Source: Chrysomallon squamiferum
Taxonomy: Eukaryota > Animalia > Mollusca
DNA length: 64,000 nt
Direction: 5' to 3'
Assembly (NCBI GenBank): GCA_012295275.1
Contig: CM022679.1
Location: 23,684,001-23,748,000, forward strand
Positions 61,149 through 64,000 of the stretch are shown in pieces. Under the pieces are notes generated by a model that was not told the origin of the DNA, made no database searches, and was given only the letters and a program-made list of their open reading frames with translations. The translations under genes and the position numbers were made by a program. Numbering within the stretch: the first letter of the stretch is position 1; every line of letters begins with the position of its first letter.

Positions 61149-62950
61149 TGTGAGAGTACATGTATGATTGTGTGTGTATTTCAGAACTACAATACAATGT
61201 GACGTTTAAAACGGCACATTTTGTGGTATATGTTTCTAGAAGAATAGAATCAGTACAGATTGTTTTTTTTTTGTTTGTTTTTTAAATTAACTTTTATATT
61301 TTATTTTACGTTTAGTAAGCGGAGGGATAGTAAATAGTCCGGAGTGTTGACAGCTGAGCACTTCTGTCACCATGTTTTATATTTAAATGGGAGGCGTGGG
61401 AGATGTAATTTTACTGATGTGATCATTTTTAACGCTTGGTAAACCATCACCTTTATTTAAACCGTAATAATGAATGAAATACAATGAGAATAAACGAAAT
61501 AATTGGTGACTTACTTTAAATGGTAATAATAACAGCAACAACAACGAGGACAGCAGCAACATCGATAATATTAGTAGTAATGATGATGATGATAATAATA
61601 ATAATAATAATAACAGCAGTAATAACATTTGAAATTCCATAATTAAACGAAATTGCTATGTCATTTGCCATATGGGCTACTTTCAAGTTCAGGCACCATA
61701 GGTCTCAAGATGAATAATTCGAAGTACATTCTTTTGGCTTTTTTTCCGATCTAGACAGTTCCCCCAGCTATTATTTTCCTAGCTATTGTGAAATGCAAAC
61801 GAGCAGAAAATCACATGACGTCATCCACTTTCTTCTTTTTATTATCTGTTTTGTTGTTGTTGTTGTTTGGGTTTTTTCGTGGTTTTTTTAATCCAGCCCT
61901 CAGACAGTTTTGTGAAAGAAATCTAGTGCCATTTGCAAATCAGTTTACAATAGCGCGGTGTCGGTTGCGAGTGCTGTCATTATATACGAAATATTTATAT
62001 ATTCATGAAAAAAGGAGATGCAGCCTGTGAAAAATCCATAAATAAATAAATACGCATATACATGCATTTATACATGCACATATACATACATACGTACATG
62101 CATACATATAAAAACATACATATATTCAAAACATACATACATACATAAATACGTGTAGAAACAGTTTTTATGCATGAAATAACTGGTGAAAGTGAAATGC
62201 ATAGTTAGTTACTGGAAACAGAAATGTATTGTGTGTATTTTTTTATTTTTTAAATTTTTTTAATTTGTGAAAATTACTAGAAAAATATAATTGAGATTTG
62301 TGCGTGATAAAAAAAGTTATTAAATGTCATTTCTGGCGCACGGCGATAGAATGTAAAATTGAACGGTATAAACTTAGTAACCCCAGGATCTGTCATTGTG
62401 TAAGCCTCTAATTTTAAAAAAAAAGTCTTTATCATTTTACAGATAAACAATTTAGTTTTGCCAAACAGTGTTCTAATCTCATGACGGATCGTTATATTCA
62501 TAAAACTGACAAGGCTGAAGCCTAAATGCTCGACAATTTTTATTTATTTGTTTATTATTATCATCATCATCATTTATTTATTATCATGATCATCATTTAT
62601 TTATTTATTTATTATCATTATTATTATTATATTTATTTATTTATTTATTTATTTGTTTATTTGTTTATTCATTTATTCATTTATTTTATTTTGTTTGGTT
62701 TCAGTAAATGGAAAGCTTCCAAAAACCAGTAAGTGAAACTATAACCGATAACGCATTGTCAGTGGGGGGGGGTGGATGGGTGGGGTCATAACGAAACATA
62801 AAACTTTATTTTTGGATTTATTAACTTCAAATTAGATTTCAGACATATGGCAGAAAAATAAGGGCTTATGATTGCATATGATTTTCATCATAGGATCAGA
62901 TGTCCCATTTTAAAAAACCCAACAACAAGAACAAAAAAATAAATAAATAA

Positions 62951-62999
<49 letters not shown>

Positions 63000-63616
63000 A
63001 AAAAAAATAAAATAAAAAATACAATAACCCCCCTAAAAAAAAAACCCCAGCAATAACAACATTACTCACTAATATTATCTCTCTGTCTGCATATAATGTT
63101 TATTTATTTGTTCTAGTTTGTTTACCTACTATCAACCTAGCAATAATTTGATCCATAAGTTTATATCTTTCGGAGGATTTAAAAAAAATATTCGTCCATG
63201 CACATCCATCCATCCATCCATCTGTCAACCAATCTATATTCACTTGCTGTGTTAAGATGATATTGTGGATGATTTTGTGTTTGTTTTGTGTTTGTTCGGC
63301 CATTCATCTATCCATCTTTCGATCAGTCTAGATTTACTTACTATGTTAAGGTAACATGAACACTATTAATTTGAATAACTTATGTTCTTTCTTGTGACTT
63401 TCATTCTGTTTTCTTCTAGTAACAAAATCTCAACTTAAGAACGTGGGTAAGTATATAATGTATATGTTTATAGATAATTAATGTAGTTCTAAAGTTTCTT
63501 TCTCTTTTTGACGATCTAACGAACCTTTTCGCGAACTAAGAAAGATAACTCTTTGTAGAAGAGGAAGTATTATTATTAATATTTGGTTTGCACAAATTCA
63601 TATATATGCCTTAAAA

Positions 63617-63658
<42 letters not shown>

Positions 63659-63831
63659 CAAATAAAAAAGTTATCAGGGCCCGTACTTTCGAATTTCGTC
63701 AGATATATGACATTTGTGAAATTTTGATTTTACCTATATATGTATAAACATATCGTATGACCTGTTAAAATTTATTTATTTATTTATTTATTTATTTATT
63801 TTCTGTTTTAGTAAAAACGATGACGATTCGG
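60181..63831 (+). CDS. 5' part of a putative secreted micro-exon gene (MNFFILFLSAVMFLTVNG|KLPKTITKSQLKNVVKTMTIR...), continuing beyond the window
   Basis: Exons 60181-60226 (CAG|GTAAG), 62705-62728 (24 nt, tttcag|..|GTAAGT), 63420-63446 (27 nt, ttcttctag|..|GTAAGT) and 63812-63831 (20 nt, ttttag|..|GTAGGC). Phases join with no stop and create a VNG signal-cleavage site. Confidence 0.55.
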
Positions 63832-63923
63832 GTAGGCAGTTAATTAACATATATATATATTTTTTATAACAAGTTGCTTAATTTATATGTATGTATTTTT
63901 GTGTGTATGTATGTATGTGTGTA

Positions 63924-63973
<50 letters not shown>

Positions 63974-64000
63974 TATATATATTTATAATAGGTGTTTATG

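Noticed and set aside
61316-61329. Further micro-exon candidate (tttag|taagcggagggata|gtaaat)
   Set aside because: At 14 nt it breaks phase with the next micro-exon, and the donor is weak.

Overview
AT-rich, intron-rich invertebrate animal DNA, probably mollusc/lophotrochozoan (inferred from SINE-like remnants and microsatellite load). Left to right: (1) the 3' part of an RNF213/mysterin-like AAA+ ATPase gene on +, with one ~11.8 kb exon (1144-12949) and a short terminal coding exon. Its Walker motifs are intact, but the RING appears absent and the RZ-finger catalytic Cys position reads Ala. (2) Two tandem phospholipase B-like 1 (PLBD1) paralogs on -, each with 10 exons and paired CLEAR-type E-boxes upstream. 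As assembled, each is broken in a different exon, and exon identity between them is patchy. (3) A complete IKK alpha/beta-type kinase gene on - (19 coding exons, ~763 aa) with no canonical NEMO-binding motif in my model. (4) Two small secreted-protein genes on + that the ORF track does not resolve: a 3-exon Ly6/three-finger-like GPI-anchor candidate, and a micro-exon gene running off the right edge. Also present are Tigger/pogo, Tc1, hAT, RTE-LINE and SINE remnants, and several intronic minisatellites built from copies of the adjacent splice junction. All exon models were derived by hand from GT/AG sites and phase continuity; no database searches were run.
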